64,000 nucleotides of DNA from an uncultured virus (IMG/VR IMGVR_UViG_3300017643_000041) (IMGVR_UViG_3300017643_000041); one strand, 5' to 3'; counted from the first letter of the stretch, positions 7,999 to 17,947 are shown. Program-made: numbers and translations. The notes: generated from the letters alone by a model not told the origin.

Positions 7999-10238
7999 AA
8001 TTTACCTTGTATGCATCTAATTGCATTGGTATCGCTAAAAACTGCTACTACCAAAAGAAAATAGAAGTGGTGGATGAAGCCTCGCTAGTCCGGGCCGTTA
8101 GCTATGACCATGTAACTGCCTTATATAAGGACGGTTATAGGGCCAAGAGCAATTTTGTGAAAGCAGACAACATTCCTATGGATTGTGATAACGACCATTC
8201 AGAAAAACCGGCTGAATGGATTACCTCTGAGGATGTTAAGAAAGCTTTTGACGGGATTCCCTTTGCCATTGTTTACTCCAGAAATCATTTAAAAGCTAAG
8301 GGGGATAAGAGTCCGCGCCCAAGGTTCCATGTTTATTTTCCTGTACCGGTTATTTCTGACGTAGATGAATATACGGACATGAAACAAAAGATAGCAAGGG
8401 TATTTCCTTACTTTGATAATAATGCCTTAGACTCTGCCAGATTTCTTTATGGCACGGAAGAACCAAAGGTAGAGCTTCATGAAGGAGATACCTTTGTTAC
8501 TGATTATATTGAGGCGTTATCTTTTGCTAGCTTCGATAAAGGGCTTAAGGAAATACCGGAAGGCAGTCGTAATAGCACCATGAGCCACATTGCAGGCAAG
8601 CTTATTAAGCGCTATGGGAATAACGATGCTGCCTATGAGTTGTTTTTAAAAGAAAGCGAAAAATGTAATCCTCCCTTAGAAGAAACTGAGCTTAAGACTA
8701 TCTGGAACAGCGCAATTAACTTTGGGGAAAAGGTTTCTAGCCAAAAGGATTATGTGCCGCCAGAAATATACAACTCTTCTTTTAAATTTAAACCTACTGA
8801 CTATTCTGATGTAGGGCAGGCCTTGGTGCTTAGTAAGGCCTATGAAGATTTGCTGCGCTATTCTCCCCAGACGGATTACATCGTGTACAACGATAGCTTT
8901 TGGGAAGAATCAAGGCCAAAGAGTCAAGGAATAGCGCAGCTATTAACGGAAATGCAAATGGAAGAGGCGCAAAAAGAAATTAAAAAGGCGATGCAGGAAA
9001 TGTCTAAAAATGGTGCTTTAGCACTTTTGGCTACAATGGGCCCGAAAAAGGCTGTCGGTATGTTTACCAAAGAACAGGCAAGGACGTATGAGAGATACGA
9101 AGCCGCCAACACTTATCTGGCTTATACCATCAAACGCAGAGAGTCTAAAAATATCACAGCTTGCCTGCGTGAAGCTAGACCGATGCTTGAAATTGAGCAA
9201 AAGAATCTGGATGAAAATGAATTTCTGCTTAATGCACCCTTAGCTACTTATGACTTAAGGACTGGCAAGGCCAAGGAGCATTCCTTTGAAGATTTTATTA
9301 CCAAGCAGACAGCGGTAGAACCGGACAATGTTGGAGATCAGCTATGGCATGATGCCTTACAGACTTTTTTCTGTAGGGATGCAGAGCTCATTTCCTATGT
9401 ACAGATGATTGTAGGCCTTTCTGCTATTGGCAAGGTCTATGTGGAGGCGCTCATTATTGCCTATGGTGAAGGACGGAACGGGAAATCTACCTTTTGGAAT
9501 GTTGTGGCCAGAGTGCTGGGTAGCTATAGCGGAAATATTTCTGCTGACATGTTAACGGTAGGCTGCAAACGTAATGTGAAGCCAGAACTGGCAGAAGCCA
9601 AAGGTAAACGGCTTTTAATTGCAGCGGAGCTAGAAGAGGGAATGCGCCTTAATACATCAAACGTAAAACAGCTATGTTCCACGGATGAGATTTACGCTGA
9701 AAAGAAATACAAGGACCCGTTTAGTTATATTCCGACACATACATTGGTGCTTTATACCAATCACCTGCCAAGAGTAGGTGCGTTGGATGCTGGAACTTGG
9801 CGCAGGCTGATTGTTATTCCCTTTGACGCCAAGATTGAAGGAAGTGCAGATATTAAGAATTATGCAGATTACCTTTTTGAGAAGGCCGGTGGGGCAATAC
9901 TCACTTGGATTATTGAGGGAGCTAAAAAGGTAATTGCAGCAGGTTACAAGGTAAGTGAGCCAACCAAGGTAAAGGCTGCTATTAGTGCCTATAAGGAAAA
10001 CAATGATTGGTTTGGCCACTTTTTGGATGATTGCTGCGAGCTGGACCTTTCGTTTCAGGAAAAGTCTGGTGAAGTTTATACCAGCTATAGAAACTACTGT
10101 TCCCAAAACGGTGAATTTACTAGAGGCGCATCGGATTTCTATGCCGCAGTTGATGCTAGTGGCCTGGAACGAAGAAAGATGAAAAAAGGTGTAATGATTC
10201 GAGGACTACGACTTAAGTCTGAATTCCTTGATGACTAA
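7995..10238 (+). CDS. P4/D5-family primase-helicase with PriCT domain
   Basis: DCDND primase motif, EGSRN PriCT, GEGRNGKST Walker A, WRRL. Confidence 0.93.
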   Translation: MKFTLYASNCIGIAKNCYYQKKIEVVDEASLVRAVSYDHVTALYKDGYRAKSNFVKADNIPMDCDNDHSEKPAEWITSEDVKKAFDGIPFAIVYSRNHLKAKGDKSPRPRFHVYFPVPVISDVDEYTDMKQKIARVFPYFDNNALDSARFLYGTEEPKVELHEGDTFVTDYIEALSFASFDKGLKEIPEGSRNSTMSHIAGKLIKRYGNNDAAYELFLKESEKCNPPLEETELKTIWNSAINFGEKVSSQKDYVPPEIYNSSFKFKPTDYSDVGQALVLSKAYEDLLRYSPQTDYIVYNDSFWEESRPKSQGIAQLLTEMQMEEAQKEIKKAMQEMSKNGALALLATMGPKKAVGMFTKEQARTYERYEAANTYLAYTIKRRESKNITACLREARPMLEIEQKNLDENEFLLNAPLATYDLRTGKAKEHSFEDFITKQTAVEPDNVGDQLWHDALQTFFCRDAELISYVQMIVGLSAIGKVYVEALIIAYGEGRNGKSTFWNVVARVLGSYSGNISADMLTVGCKRNVKPELAEAKGKRLLIAAELEEGMRLNTSNVKQLCSTDEIYAEKKYKDPFSYIPTHTLVLYTNHLPRVGALDAGTWRRLIVIPFDAKIEGSADIKNYADYLFEKAGGAILTWIIEGAKKVIAAGYKVSEPTKVKAAISAYKENNDWFGHFLDDCCELDLSFQEKSGEVYTSYRNYCSQNGEFTRGASDFYAAVDASGLERRKMKKGVMIRGLRLKSEFLDD

Positions 10239-10280
10239 AAAGGGCTGAAAGCAAGTCAGGAAGCTAAGTTTAAGGCACAG

Positions 10281-10377
10281 GGTGCAGGGCGGTGATGGGC
10301 GTACCCTAAACTATATATATATACTAAAAAATAGTCCTTATACATAGTTCTATATATGCCCTTCATCGCCTTGCACC
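10281..10377. repeat. Long imperfect inverted repeat around an AT-rich core (candidate origin or RNA hairpin)
   Basis: GGTGCAGGGCGGTGATGGGC / GCCCTTCATCGCCTTGCACC, 17 of 20 complementary, with (TA)n between. Confidence 0.6.
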
Positions 10378-10445
10378 TTTTATTGATGAAAAAGCTGAAA
10401 ACTAAGGCTGACACTTGATTTGGCAGAATTGTGCGGGAGGTAAGA

Positions 10446-10733
10446 ATGAAAGAGAAAGCAATTGAACTGTATTTTGTTAAAAAAGTAAAAGCTATGGGAG
10501 GCATGGCCATAAAATTTGTCAGTCCTGGTTTTGATGGGCTGCCGGACAGATTAGTGCTTTTACCTAAAAACAAGCTGGCCTTTGTAGAATTGAAAGCTCC
10601 TGGTAAGAAGCCGAGGGCTTTGCAGATAAAAAGGATGGAGCAATTAACTAGCTTTGGATTTAAATGCTTTGTGGTTGATACCAAAGAAGCAGTAGATGTC
10701 ACTATTGCTGAGTTAGGAGGTGATGCCCAATGA
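10446..10733 (+). CDS. VRR-NUC domain nuclease
   Basis: GLPDRLVL...FVELKAPG.KPRALQ. Confidence 0.9.
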   Translation: MKEKAIELYFVKKVKAMGGMAIKFVSPGFDGLPDRLVLLPKNKLAFVELKAPGKKPRALQIKRMEQLTSFGFKCFVVDTKEAVDVTIAELGGDAQ

Positions 10734-12095
10734 AGTTCATACCTCATAAATACCAGGAATTTGCTGTTAATCATATTTTAGAGCACCCGATTTCTGCTTT
10801 GTTTTTGGATATGGGCTTAGGTTAGCAAAACTGTTATTACACTTACAGCTATTAAGAAGCTGATGCAAGATTGTTTTGAAATTGGCAAGGTGTTAGTCAT
10901 TGCACCTTTAAGGGTAGCTCAAAACACCTGGCCGGCAGAAATAGGCAAATGGGAACACCTAAATGATTTAACTTACTCTGTAGCCATAGGCACAGAAGCA
11001 GAACGCAAAGCTGCCTTAAATACAAAAGCAGACATCTATCTTATCAATCGGGAAAACGTAGACTGGTTGATTAATAAAAGTGGTATGCCATTTGATTATG
11101 ACATGGTTGTTATTGATGAGCTGTCCAGCTTTAAGTCTTACAGCGCTAAAAGGTTTAAAAGCCTGATGAAGGTAAGGCATAAGGTTAAACGGATAGTTGG
11201 CCTTACCGGAACACCTAGTACTAATGGCCTCATGGACTTGTGGGCAGAATTCAGGGTACTGGATATGGGCCACAGGCTAGGGTATTATATTTCGCAGTAC
11301 AGAAATAACTACTTTACTCCTGATAAAAGAAATGCCCAGATCATCTTTTCCTATAAACCACTACCAGGAGCTGAAGAAGCTATCTATCAGGCTATTTCAG
11401 ACATTACTATTTCCATGAAGTCTAAGGATTACCTAGATATGCCAGAATGCATAATGAACGAAGTGCCGGTTTACCTTTCTGATAAAGAAAGAGCACTATA
11501 TGACCAGCTTCGTAAGGACATGGTGCTTTCTTTAGGCGAAGAAGAGATAGACGCTGTAAATGCAGCAGTTCTTTCTGGCAAGCTTATCCAGATGGCCAAT
11601 GGTGCAGTTTATGGTGACAATAATAGAGCTTTATGTATTCATGACAGAAAGCTTGATGCCCTGGAAGATTTAATAGAAGGAGCTAATGGTAAGCAGGTGC
11701 TGGTAGCTTATTGGTACAAACACGACTTGGAGCGCATTAAGAAGCGCTTTGAAGTTCGGGAGATTAAAAGTAACAATGACATTGAAGAGTGGAATGCAGG
11801 GAAAATACCGGTGGCAGTCATTCACCCTGCCTCTGCTGGTCATGGTCTTAACTTACAGGCCGGCGGATCTACCTTGATTTGGTTTGGTCTTACTTGGTCG
11901 TTGGAGCTTTATCAACAGACCAATGCCAGACTCTGGCGGCAGGGACAAAAGCAGAGCGTAGTAATTCACCACATCATTGCCAAGAACACCATTGATGAGA
12001 ATGTTATGAAAGCTTTAACGGTTAAGGATAGAACGCAGGAAGCATTGATTAAGGCTGTGAAGGCTAATCTGGGAGGTGAAATTTATGCAGGATAA
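10730..12095 (+). pseudogene. SNF2-family helicase interrupted by a 4-nt insertion and stop in Walker A
   Basis: ATG 10730 gives MKFIPHKYQ...LDMGLG then TAG at 10823-10825; KTVITLTAI resumes in the +1 frame, in frame with ORF 10863-12095 (DELS, GLTGTP, GHGLNLQ). Confidence 0.85.
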
Positions 12096-12309
12096 AGTTA
12101 ATCATCCAAGCCACTACACAGCCGGTAAGGTTGAATGTATTGATGCTATAGAAGCTGCTGTTATTGGTTTGGTAGGTTTAGAAGCTGTTTGTACAGCTAA
12201 TGTTATAAAGTACCTCTGGCGCTGGAAACTAAAGAACGGTGCAGAAGATTTGCAAAAGGCTAAGTGGTACCTGGAAAAGCTTATTGCTACTCAGGGGGTG
12301 GTAAAATGA
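12085..12309 (+). CDS. DUF3310 (SaV-like) protein
   Basis: VNHPSHYT, NVIKYLWR, EDLQKAKWYL. Confidence 0.85.
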   Translation: MQDKVNHPSHYTAGKVECIDAIEAAVIGLVGLEAVCTANVIKYLWRWKLKNGAEDLQKAKWYLEKLIATQGVVK

Positions 12310-12590
12310 AACAAGTAAGGTTCGGACCATATGAAGTACTGGCCAATGCGATTATCATAACGGCTGCTGAGGATTTCAGGAATGGGATAAAGATTCTTAG
12401 ACGTCATCTTGGAAAGAGACCTCAAGATGTTAAATCGGATAAGTACAAGGATTGGTTTGAGGATAAGAAAAAATATTACAGGGACCTTCGTGACATTAAG
12501 AGGTTCTTTCACTCCAGATGGTTCGGAGTATTGTCACAGGCGGATGGAACGGTAATATATGAAAGCCTAAGGAGCGAGGTGAGAAGATGA
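12306..12590 (+). CDS. Hypothetical phage protein
   Basis: LANAIIITA.EDFR and RFFHS.WF patterns; ATGA coupling at both ends. Confidence 0.7.
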   Translation: MKQVRFGPYEVLANAIIITAAEDFRNGIKILRRHLGKRPQDVKSDKYKDWFEDKKKYYRDLRDIKRFFHSRWFGVLSQADGTVIYESLRSEVRR

Positions 12591-13012
12591 CACCACAGCA
12601 GTATCTGAGCCAGGCTCATCGGCTAGATATGTATATAACTTCAAACCTAGCAGAGCTAGAGAGAATACGCAGCGAGTGCAACAATATATCGTCACCCAGT
12701 CTTGAACCACATTACAATGCAAGCCGTAATATAAAGGCACCCTTTGATGGTAAGGTGGAAAAAGCAATGGTCCTGGAGCAGGAGATTCGTGAACAGGTTA
12801 ACCATCTTCTAGAACTAAAGACTCAGATAAGGCAGACCATCAACTCTCTTTCTAGTATGGATGAGAGGATGGTGCTGCGGTATCATTACCTGGAATCTCT
12901 GCCTTGGGAAGAAGTTGCGATGAAGATGCATACGGGTAGGAGTACTGTACGCAGATGGCATAATAGGGCTCTTCATAATATAAAAATGCCGGAGTTACCG
13001 ATGATTTTATAA
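12587..13012 (+). CDS. ArpU/RinA-like (DUF1492) late transcriptional activator
   Basis: QYLSQA N-terminus, C-terminal HTH (WEEVAMKMHTGRSTVRRWHNRAL), last gene before the packaging module. Confidence 0.8.
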   Translation: MTPQQYLSQAHRLDMYITSNLAELERIRSECNNISSPSLEPHYNASRNIKAPFDGKVEKAMVLEQEIREQVNHLLELKTQIRQTINSLSSMDERMVLRYHYLESLPWEEVAMKMHTGRSTVRRWHNRALHNIKMPELPMIL

Positions 13013-13016
13013 AAGT

Positions 13017-13073
13017 TGGACAGCTTTGAGCACTTTTGAGCACAAATGAGCACCTTTGAGCACTTGTGGGCAG
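13017..13073 (+). repeat. TGAGCAC direct repeats with 10-bp period (candidate late-activator operator)
   Basis: Exact copies at 13027, 13037, 13047 and 13057; degenerate copies at 13017 and 13067; TTGACT at 13077. Confidence 0.8.
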
Positions 13074-13122
13074 GGATTGACTATGATATAGTTAAGCTAG
13101 GAGAATTGGATAAAGAAGCAAC

Positions 13123-13157
13123 AGCCTTGGAGGAGCAATCCTTCAGGGCTATTTTTA
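13123..13157 (+). terminator. Intrinsic terminator-like hairpin at the start of the late region
   Basis: AGCCTTGGAGGA-GCAA-TCCTTCAGGGCT then ATTTTT. Confidence 0.6.
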
Positions 13158-13178
13158 TGCCCAAATGGAGGTAATGAT

Positions 13179-13538
13179 TTGCCAAGAAGACCGAAGCGTC
13201 CGTGTTCTTATCCGGGCTGCCCAAGACTGACTGAAGGACGATACTGTGAAGAACATCAGAAGCTGACAGATAAGAACTACAACAAGTACGAACGCAATCC
13301 AGTTCATAAGAAACGATACGGCAGAGCCTGGAGGTTCATCCGTGCCACCTATGCAAAGGCGCATCCGTTGTGTGAGCAGTGTCTTGCAGAAGGAAGGTAT
13401 GTGGCAACAGAGCAGATACATCACAAGCTGCCATTGTCTCAAGGCGGTACAAATGATGTTTCCAATCTCATGGCCCTGTGCAGAAGCTGCCATTCCCGGA
13501 TTCATGCGAAGATGGGTGACAGATGGAGAAGAAAATGA
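13179..13538 (+). CDS. Terminase-associated HNH endonuclease
   Basis: PCSYPGC, CEQC, HH...GG, CRSCH; typical position before terS. Confidence 0.9.
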   Translation: MPRRPKRPCSYPGCPRLTEGRYCEEHQKLTDKNYNKYERNPVHKKRYGRAWRFIRATYAKAHPLCEQCLAEGRYVATEQIHHKLPLSQGGTNDVSNLMALCRSCHSRIHAKMGDRWRRK

Positions 13539-14050
13539 CTACGAAAATTAGACCTATTCCTAAGTATTATGGTTACTATGCAGACGAAGAAGGAAATATT
13601 TATTCTGCAAAAGCTGGTTTTATGAGAAAGCTGGCACAGCGTGTGCATAAAAATTACTATCATGTTTCTGTTAGAGACAGCGGTTTTCCGACTAAAACAC
13701 ATAAAGAACCTGTGCATAAGTTGGTATTGAATGCATTTGTTGGAGAAAGACATAGTGATTTAGTGTGCAGGCATTTGAACGGTAATTCACTTGATAATAG
13801 ATTGATTAATCTGCGCTGGGGAACTGCAAAAGAAAATGCACAAGACTCCATAAAACACGGGACAGCCGTTTGTTTAAGGCATGGAGAAAATGCAGTAGCC
13901 GCAAAATTAAAATTGTATGAAGTGCTAAATATTAAGAAACTGTACAGACAAGGTGCAACACAAAAATTGCTGGGTAGGATGTTCAATGTAACGCAGAGAC
14001 ATATAAGTGATATTATATGCGGCAACACGTGGAAACGTGATGTAGTCTAA
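13535..14050 (+). CDS. HNH homing-type endonuclease with C-terminal HTH
   Basis: VHKLVLNAF, CRHLNGNSLDNRLINLRWGTAKEN. Confidence 0.85.
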   Translation: MTTKIRPIPKYYGYYADEEGNIYSAKAGFMRKLAQRVHKNYYHVSVRDSGFPTKTHKEPVHKLVLNAFVGERHSDLVCRHLNGNSLDNRLINLRWGTAKENAQDSIKHGTAVCLRHGENAVAAKLKLYEVLNIKKLYRQGATQKLLGRMFNVTQRHISDIICGNTWKRDVV

Positions 14051-14170
14051 GGGTAGGGGCGGTCAACATCTTAGAACGCAGTATTCATGCGGTCGGGCGC
14101 TTGGTCAAACGCATAAAAACGCGAAAGTTTTAGGGGTATTAACCCTTGGAAAATAAGGAGTGTGATTTTA

Positions 14171-14710
14171 ATGGGTAAAAGGGGCCCGGCTAAGGGAACT
14201 GGAGGCAGGCCAAATAAGCCATTGCTAGACAAAATTACCGAAGGAAATCCTGGTAAAAGACCACTAAAAGTAATTAGTTTTAATAATGTGGCAGATTTAA
14301 AAGGTGAAGATATGCCTAAACCCAGTGAAATGCTTTCTGCTGTGCAAAGAGACGGTAAAACTTTGCAGGCTAAGGAAATTTATGAAGCAACCTGGGAATG
14401 GTTAAACAAAAGAGGCTGCGCAGTGTACATCCAACCGCAGATGCTGGAACGTTATGCTATGGCAGCAGCTAGATGGATTCATTGTGAAGAGATAATTACT
14501 AGTACTGGCTATTTGTCTAAGCATCCTACAACGGGAGCAGCTATTACATCTCCTTACGTAACTATGAGCCAAAACTATATGTCTCAGGCCAATCGTCTAT
14601 GGAACGAAATATTTGCTGTGGTTAAAGAAAACTCTGCAGCTGAGTATAATGGCAGCTCTCCGCAAGATTCTATGATGGAAAGATTGCTTAGAGCTAGGGA
14701 GGGCCGATAA
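14171..14710 (+). CDS. terS: Terminase small subunit, P27 family
   Basis: GGRP.KP, GNPGKRPL, ERYAM...RW, SPYV; position in packaging module. Confidence 0.88.
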   Translation: MGKRGPAKGTGGRPNKPLLDKITEGNPGKRPLKVISFNNVADLKGEDMPKPSEMLSAVQRDGKTLQAKEIYEATWEWLNKRGCAVYIQPQMLERYAMAAARWIHCEEIITSTGYLSKHPTTGAAITSPYVTMSQNYMSQANRLWNEIFAVVKENSAAEYNGSSPQDSMMERLLRAREGR

Positions 14711-14880
14711 TGATTAAAGCGAAACAAGGAGAATTGCAAAAATTCAAACAGGACCTGGGACAGTACAAAAAAGTACTTACAAGGCAGCAATTACTAACCT
14801 TAAACGGCCTGGCTAAGTCTGGTAACGTTACCGGAGCATATAAAGGCCTTAAAAAGATACTAGAAAGGAAAAGTGCATAA
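14710..14880 (+). CDS. 56-aa hypothetical protein (not in ORF track)
   Basis: TAATG coupling at both ends; LTRQQLLTLNGLAKSGNVTGAYKGL. Confidence 0.65.
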   Translation: MIKAKQGELQKFKQDLGQYKKVLTRQQLLTLNGLAKSGNVTGAYKGLKKILERKSA

Positions 14881-16115
14881 TGCTTATTGAAAAGAAAAAG
14901 ACAGCTGAACTTATCCCAGCTGAATATAATCCTCGTAAGGATTTAAAGCCGGGTGATCCAGAATATGAAAAGTTAAAACGTTCCTTGGAACAGTTTGGTT
15001 ACGTAGAACCTGTTATTTGGAATAAGACCACCGGCAGGGTAGTAGGTGGTCACCAAAGATTAAAAGTCCTCATGGACATGGGCATTCAGGAAGTTGAATG
15101 TGTAGTTGTGGAACTGAACGAAGAGAAAGAAAAGGCGCTTAATATTGCTTTGAACAAAATTAGTGGTGCTTGGGATAATGAAAAGTTAGTACTTTTGATT
15201 ACTGATTTGCAGGGTGCCGATTTTGATGTTTCTTTAACGGGTTTTGATGCCGCCGAGATTGATGATTTGTTTAAAGAGTCTTTACAAGATGGTATTAAAG
15301 ATGATGATTTTGATGTAGAAGCTGAGCTTAAAAAGCCGGCCATAAGTAAACAAGGTGACATGTGGCAGCTAGGAAACCACAGATTGTACTGTGGAGATTC
15401 TACTAAAAAGGAAACTTATGACCTGCTTATGGCAGGTAAACTGGCCAACCTGGTAGTTACCGATCCACCTTACAATGTAAATTACGAAGGCAACGCCGGT
15501 AAGATTAAAAATGATAATATGGGTAACGATGCTTTCTATCAGTTCCTATTTGATTCCTTTTTCAATATGGAAAAGGTTATGGCAGATGATGCTAGCATCT
15601 ATGTGTTTCATTCCGACACAGAAGGGCTAAATTTTAGGAAGGCCTTTTCTGATGCCGGTTTTTATTTGTCCGGTACCTGTATCTGGAAGAAGCAGAGCAT
15701 AGTGTTAGGTAGAAGTCCGTATCAATGGCAGCATGAACCTATCTTATTTGGCTGGAAGAAGAAAGGCAGGCACCAGTGGTACACCGGCCGGAAGGAGTCT
15801 ACTATCTGGGAGTATGACAAGCCCAAGAAGAATGAATACCATCCAACCATGAAACCGGTACCTTTGATTGCCTATCCAATTATGAATTCTAGTATGAGTA
15901 ACTGCCTGGTGCTAGATCCGTTTGGTGGTAGTGGTACTACCTTAATTGCCTGTGAACAAAGTAAGCGTATCTGTTACATGGTGGAATTGGACGAGAAATA
16001 CTGTGATGTTATAGTTAAGCGCTATATTGAGCTGGTCGGTAATGCCGATAATGTAACGGTACAAAGAGATGGTTTAACCTATAAATATAGTGAACTTAAA
16101 CCGGAGGAAAAGTAG
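14880..16115 (+). CDS. ParB-like domain fused to beta-class N6/N4 DNA methyltransferase
   Basis: YNPR...GGHQR ParB; TDPPY, HPTMKP, DPFGGSGTT. Confidence 0.92.
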   Translation: MLIEKKKTAELIPAEYNPRKDLKPGDPEYEKLKRSLEQFGYVEPVIWNKTTGRVVGGHQRLKVLMDMGIQEVECVVVELNEEKEKALNIALNKISGAWDNEKLVLLITDLQGADFDVSLTGFDAAEIDDLFKESLQDGIKDDDFDVEAELKKPAISKQGDMWQLGNHRLYCGDSTKKETYDLLMAGKLANLVVTDPPYNVNYEGNAGKIKNDNMGNDAFYQFLFDSFFNMEKVMADDASIYVFHSDTEGLNFRKAFSDAGFYLSGTCIWKKQSIVLGRSPYQWQHEPILFGWKKKGRHQWYTGRKESTIWEYDKPKKNEYHPTMKPVPLIAYPIMNSSMSNCLVLDPFGGSGTTLIACEQSKRICYMVELDEKYCDVIVKRYIELVGNADNVTVQRDGLTYKYSELKPEEK

Positions 16116-16149
16116 CTGTGAAGTATACTAGATACTTGCTTAAATTGAC

Positions 16150-16178
16150 TTGCTAATTCACACCTTTAGAGCGAATAT
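16150..16178 (+). promoter_or_regulatory. Motif B promoter
   Basis: TTGCTA-N12-AGAGCGAATAT. Confidence 0.55.
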
Positions 16179-16208
16179 TAACATACCAAAAATAAAGGAG
16201 GAATTAGC

Positions 16209-16889
16209 ATGAACGTACAATTTAAGACTGAAAACAGAAAAGAGTTAGTAAAGGTAATCGAGGAGCTTACTTTAGAAAAGGCTAAGTACCTAGGTGTACC
16301 AAGCTGTGCTTATCAAATTGGTGGTTTAACACTAAGCAAGGACAGCAAGTTAACCTGGAACGAAGAGGTAAACGCAACTGCAGTTCAGAACTTGGTAAAT
16401 AGGTTAGTGGAAAGAGGCTTTGAGATGGTGCAAGAAAATAACGAACCTGAAGTAGTAGGCTTTACGGTGGCAATGCCACGCAGTCTTTTCACACCGGAAA
16501 GTTGGGAGAACTTAAATAACCTGCTTTCTGCTAAAGGCAGCTTGATTCAAAAGGCACTGGCGTTGGAGACTTTGCCAGAAGTAATAGAAGAAGACGATAA
16601 GGTAACCTTTCCTTGGTTTAAGATAGCGCCTAATGAACCTGAGGTAGTAGAAGCCTACAGTAGATTTGTAGCAGCTTTGGTAAAGATGTCCAAAGAGCAA
16701 AAGAGAGTTACTGCCAAAGCGCATCCTGTGGATAATGAGAAGTTCGCCTTCAGATGCTTTCTTCTTAGACTGGGCTTTATCGGCAGTGAGTATAAAACAG
16801 TCAGAAAGGTATTGCTGAAAAACTTAACAGGTTCTTCAGCTTTTAAAGGAGGACACAAGAATGAGATTTCCGACCAAGGAAACAATTGA
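16209..16889 (+). CDS. Conserved phage protein often labelled virulence-related protein
   Basis: YLGVPSCAY; NEKFAFRCFLLRLGFIG.EYK..RK.LL.NL.GSSAF. Confidence 0.75.
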   Translation: MNVQFKTENRKELVKVIEELTLEKAKYLGVPSCAYQIGGLTLSKDSKLTWNEEVNATAVQNLVNRLVERGFEMVQENNEPEVVGFTVAMPRSLFTPESWENLNNLLSAKGSLIQKALALETLPEVIEEDDKVTFPWFKIAPNEPEVVEAYSRFVAALVKMSKEQKRVTAKAHPVDNEKFAFRCFLLRLGFIGSEYKTVRKVLLKNLTGSSAFKGGHKNEISDQGNN

Positions 16890-17088
16890 ATGTTTAAAAG
16901 AAGAATTTCCAAAGGGAACCAGAGTAAGACTAGTTAAAATGGATGATGTTCAGGCGCCACCCATTGGTACATTGGGTACAGTTTCAGGTGTAGATGACAC
17001 TGGTTCAATTTTAGTAGATTGGGACAATGGTTCCGGTTTAAATGTTATTTTTGGTGAAGATATCTGCAGAAAGGTAGATAAGGCATAA
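16861..17088 (+). CDS. DUF4314 protein
   Basis: FPKGTRVRLVKMDD...GTV.GVDD.G.ILVDWDNGSGL. Confidence 0.85.
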   Translation: MRFPTKETIECLKEEFPKGTRVRLVKMDDVQAPPIGTLGTVSGVDDTGSILVDWDNGSGLNVIFGEDICRKVDKA

Positions 17089-17264
17089 TGGATGCTAAAG
17101 TAAGAGAACAAATCTTAAAGATTAGGGATTCGGGACTTACCAATATGTTTGACACTAACATGGTGCAGTACCTTGCTCATAAGAATGGATACTATGAATT
17201 AGTGATGTTTATAGAAGATCATAAGCGTGAATATGTTCGCTTTATCATGACTGGAGAAGAATAA
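17088..17264 (+). CDS. DUF5049-like small protein (not in ORF track)
   Basis: MDAKVREQILKIRDSGLTNMFD...FIMTGEE; TAATG coupling. Confidence 0.75.
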   Translation: MDAKVREQILKIRDSGLTNMFDTNMVQYLAHKNGYYELVMFIEDHKREYVRFIMTGEE

Positions 17265-17293
17265 AAAGATACTGTATACTTGCCGAATATCGC

Positions 17294-17322
17294 TTGCTAT
17301 TATGCACACTTAGAGCGAATAT
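17294..17322 (+). promoter_or_regulatory. Motif B promoter
   Basis: TTGCTA-N12-AGAGCGAATAT. Confidence 0.55.
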
Positions 17323-17353
17323 GTGTATAACAAAAAACAAGGAGGCAAGCATT

Positions 17354-17710
17354 ATGAAAAAGATTAACGCATTTGAAAAGGCAGACAGAACGAAGAGTTT
17401 TAAAGAACAGGGTTTAAACGGTAACATTTATTGGGCTTACCAATACAGCCAAGAAGCTGGCAGCGAGTTACTAAACTTTAACGAAGTTATTTGGGATGAG
17501 GATGTTGAAGACATTGTAAAGTTCTGCAGAGAACAAGGCCTAAAAGAGTTTACGATTTCTAGCAACTTTTCCGGTTTAATCAACACCCTAGATGCTTTTG
17601 ACAAGCTTGATTGCAAGATGAGCGGACTTACTCAGGTGCCGCTGAGATTCACTGAAGGCTATGGTTCTGACAAGCATAAAGTAGTTCCAGCCATTAAGAT
17701 GAGTTTATAG
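17354..17710 (+). CDS. Hypothetical phage protein
   Basis: AGGAGG RBS before ATG 17354; YWAY, EFTISSNFS. Confidence 0.7.
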   Translation: MKKINAFEKADRTKSFKEQGLNGNIYWAYQYSQEAGSELLNFNEVIWDEDVEDIVKFCREQGLKEFTISSNFSGLINTLDAFDKLDCKMSGLTQVPLRFTEGYGSDKHKVVPAIKMSL

Positions 17711-17722
17711 GAGGCGCGCATT

Positions 17723-17947
17723 ATGTGGAAAACCGGAGCAATGTTAATCAAAGGCAAGGTTTACAAGTATCAGGTTAAGGTTTATGAGGTAGGCAGCGAG
17801 TACGGCATCGAAGGCGGTAAGATTTCCAAAGCTTATGTTTCCAGAGATGGAGTTGCGGTTCTAAATTATGAGCGCGGCTGGGACCTTGAGCCGATTGACG
17901 AAGGTGCTGCACTAGCCTTAGGAATTTTGATAAAAGAGTACAACTAA
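17723..17947 (+). CDS. Hypothetical phage protein
   Basis: GGAGG RBS; SEYGIEGGKISK, NYERGWD. Confidence 0.7.
   Translation: MWKTGAMLIKGKVYKYQVKVYEVGSEYGIEGGKISKAYVSRDGVAVLNYERGWDLEPIDEGAALALGILIKEYN

Noticed and set aside
13017..13073. TGAGCAC array as a CRISPR array
   Set aside because: The period is 10 bp with 3-nt spacers, and there is no cas operon
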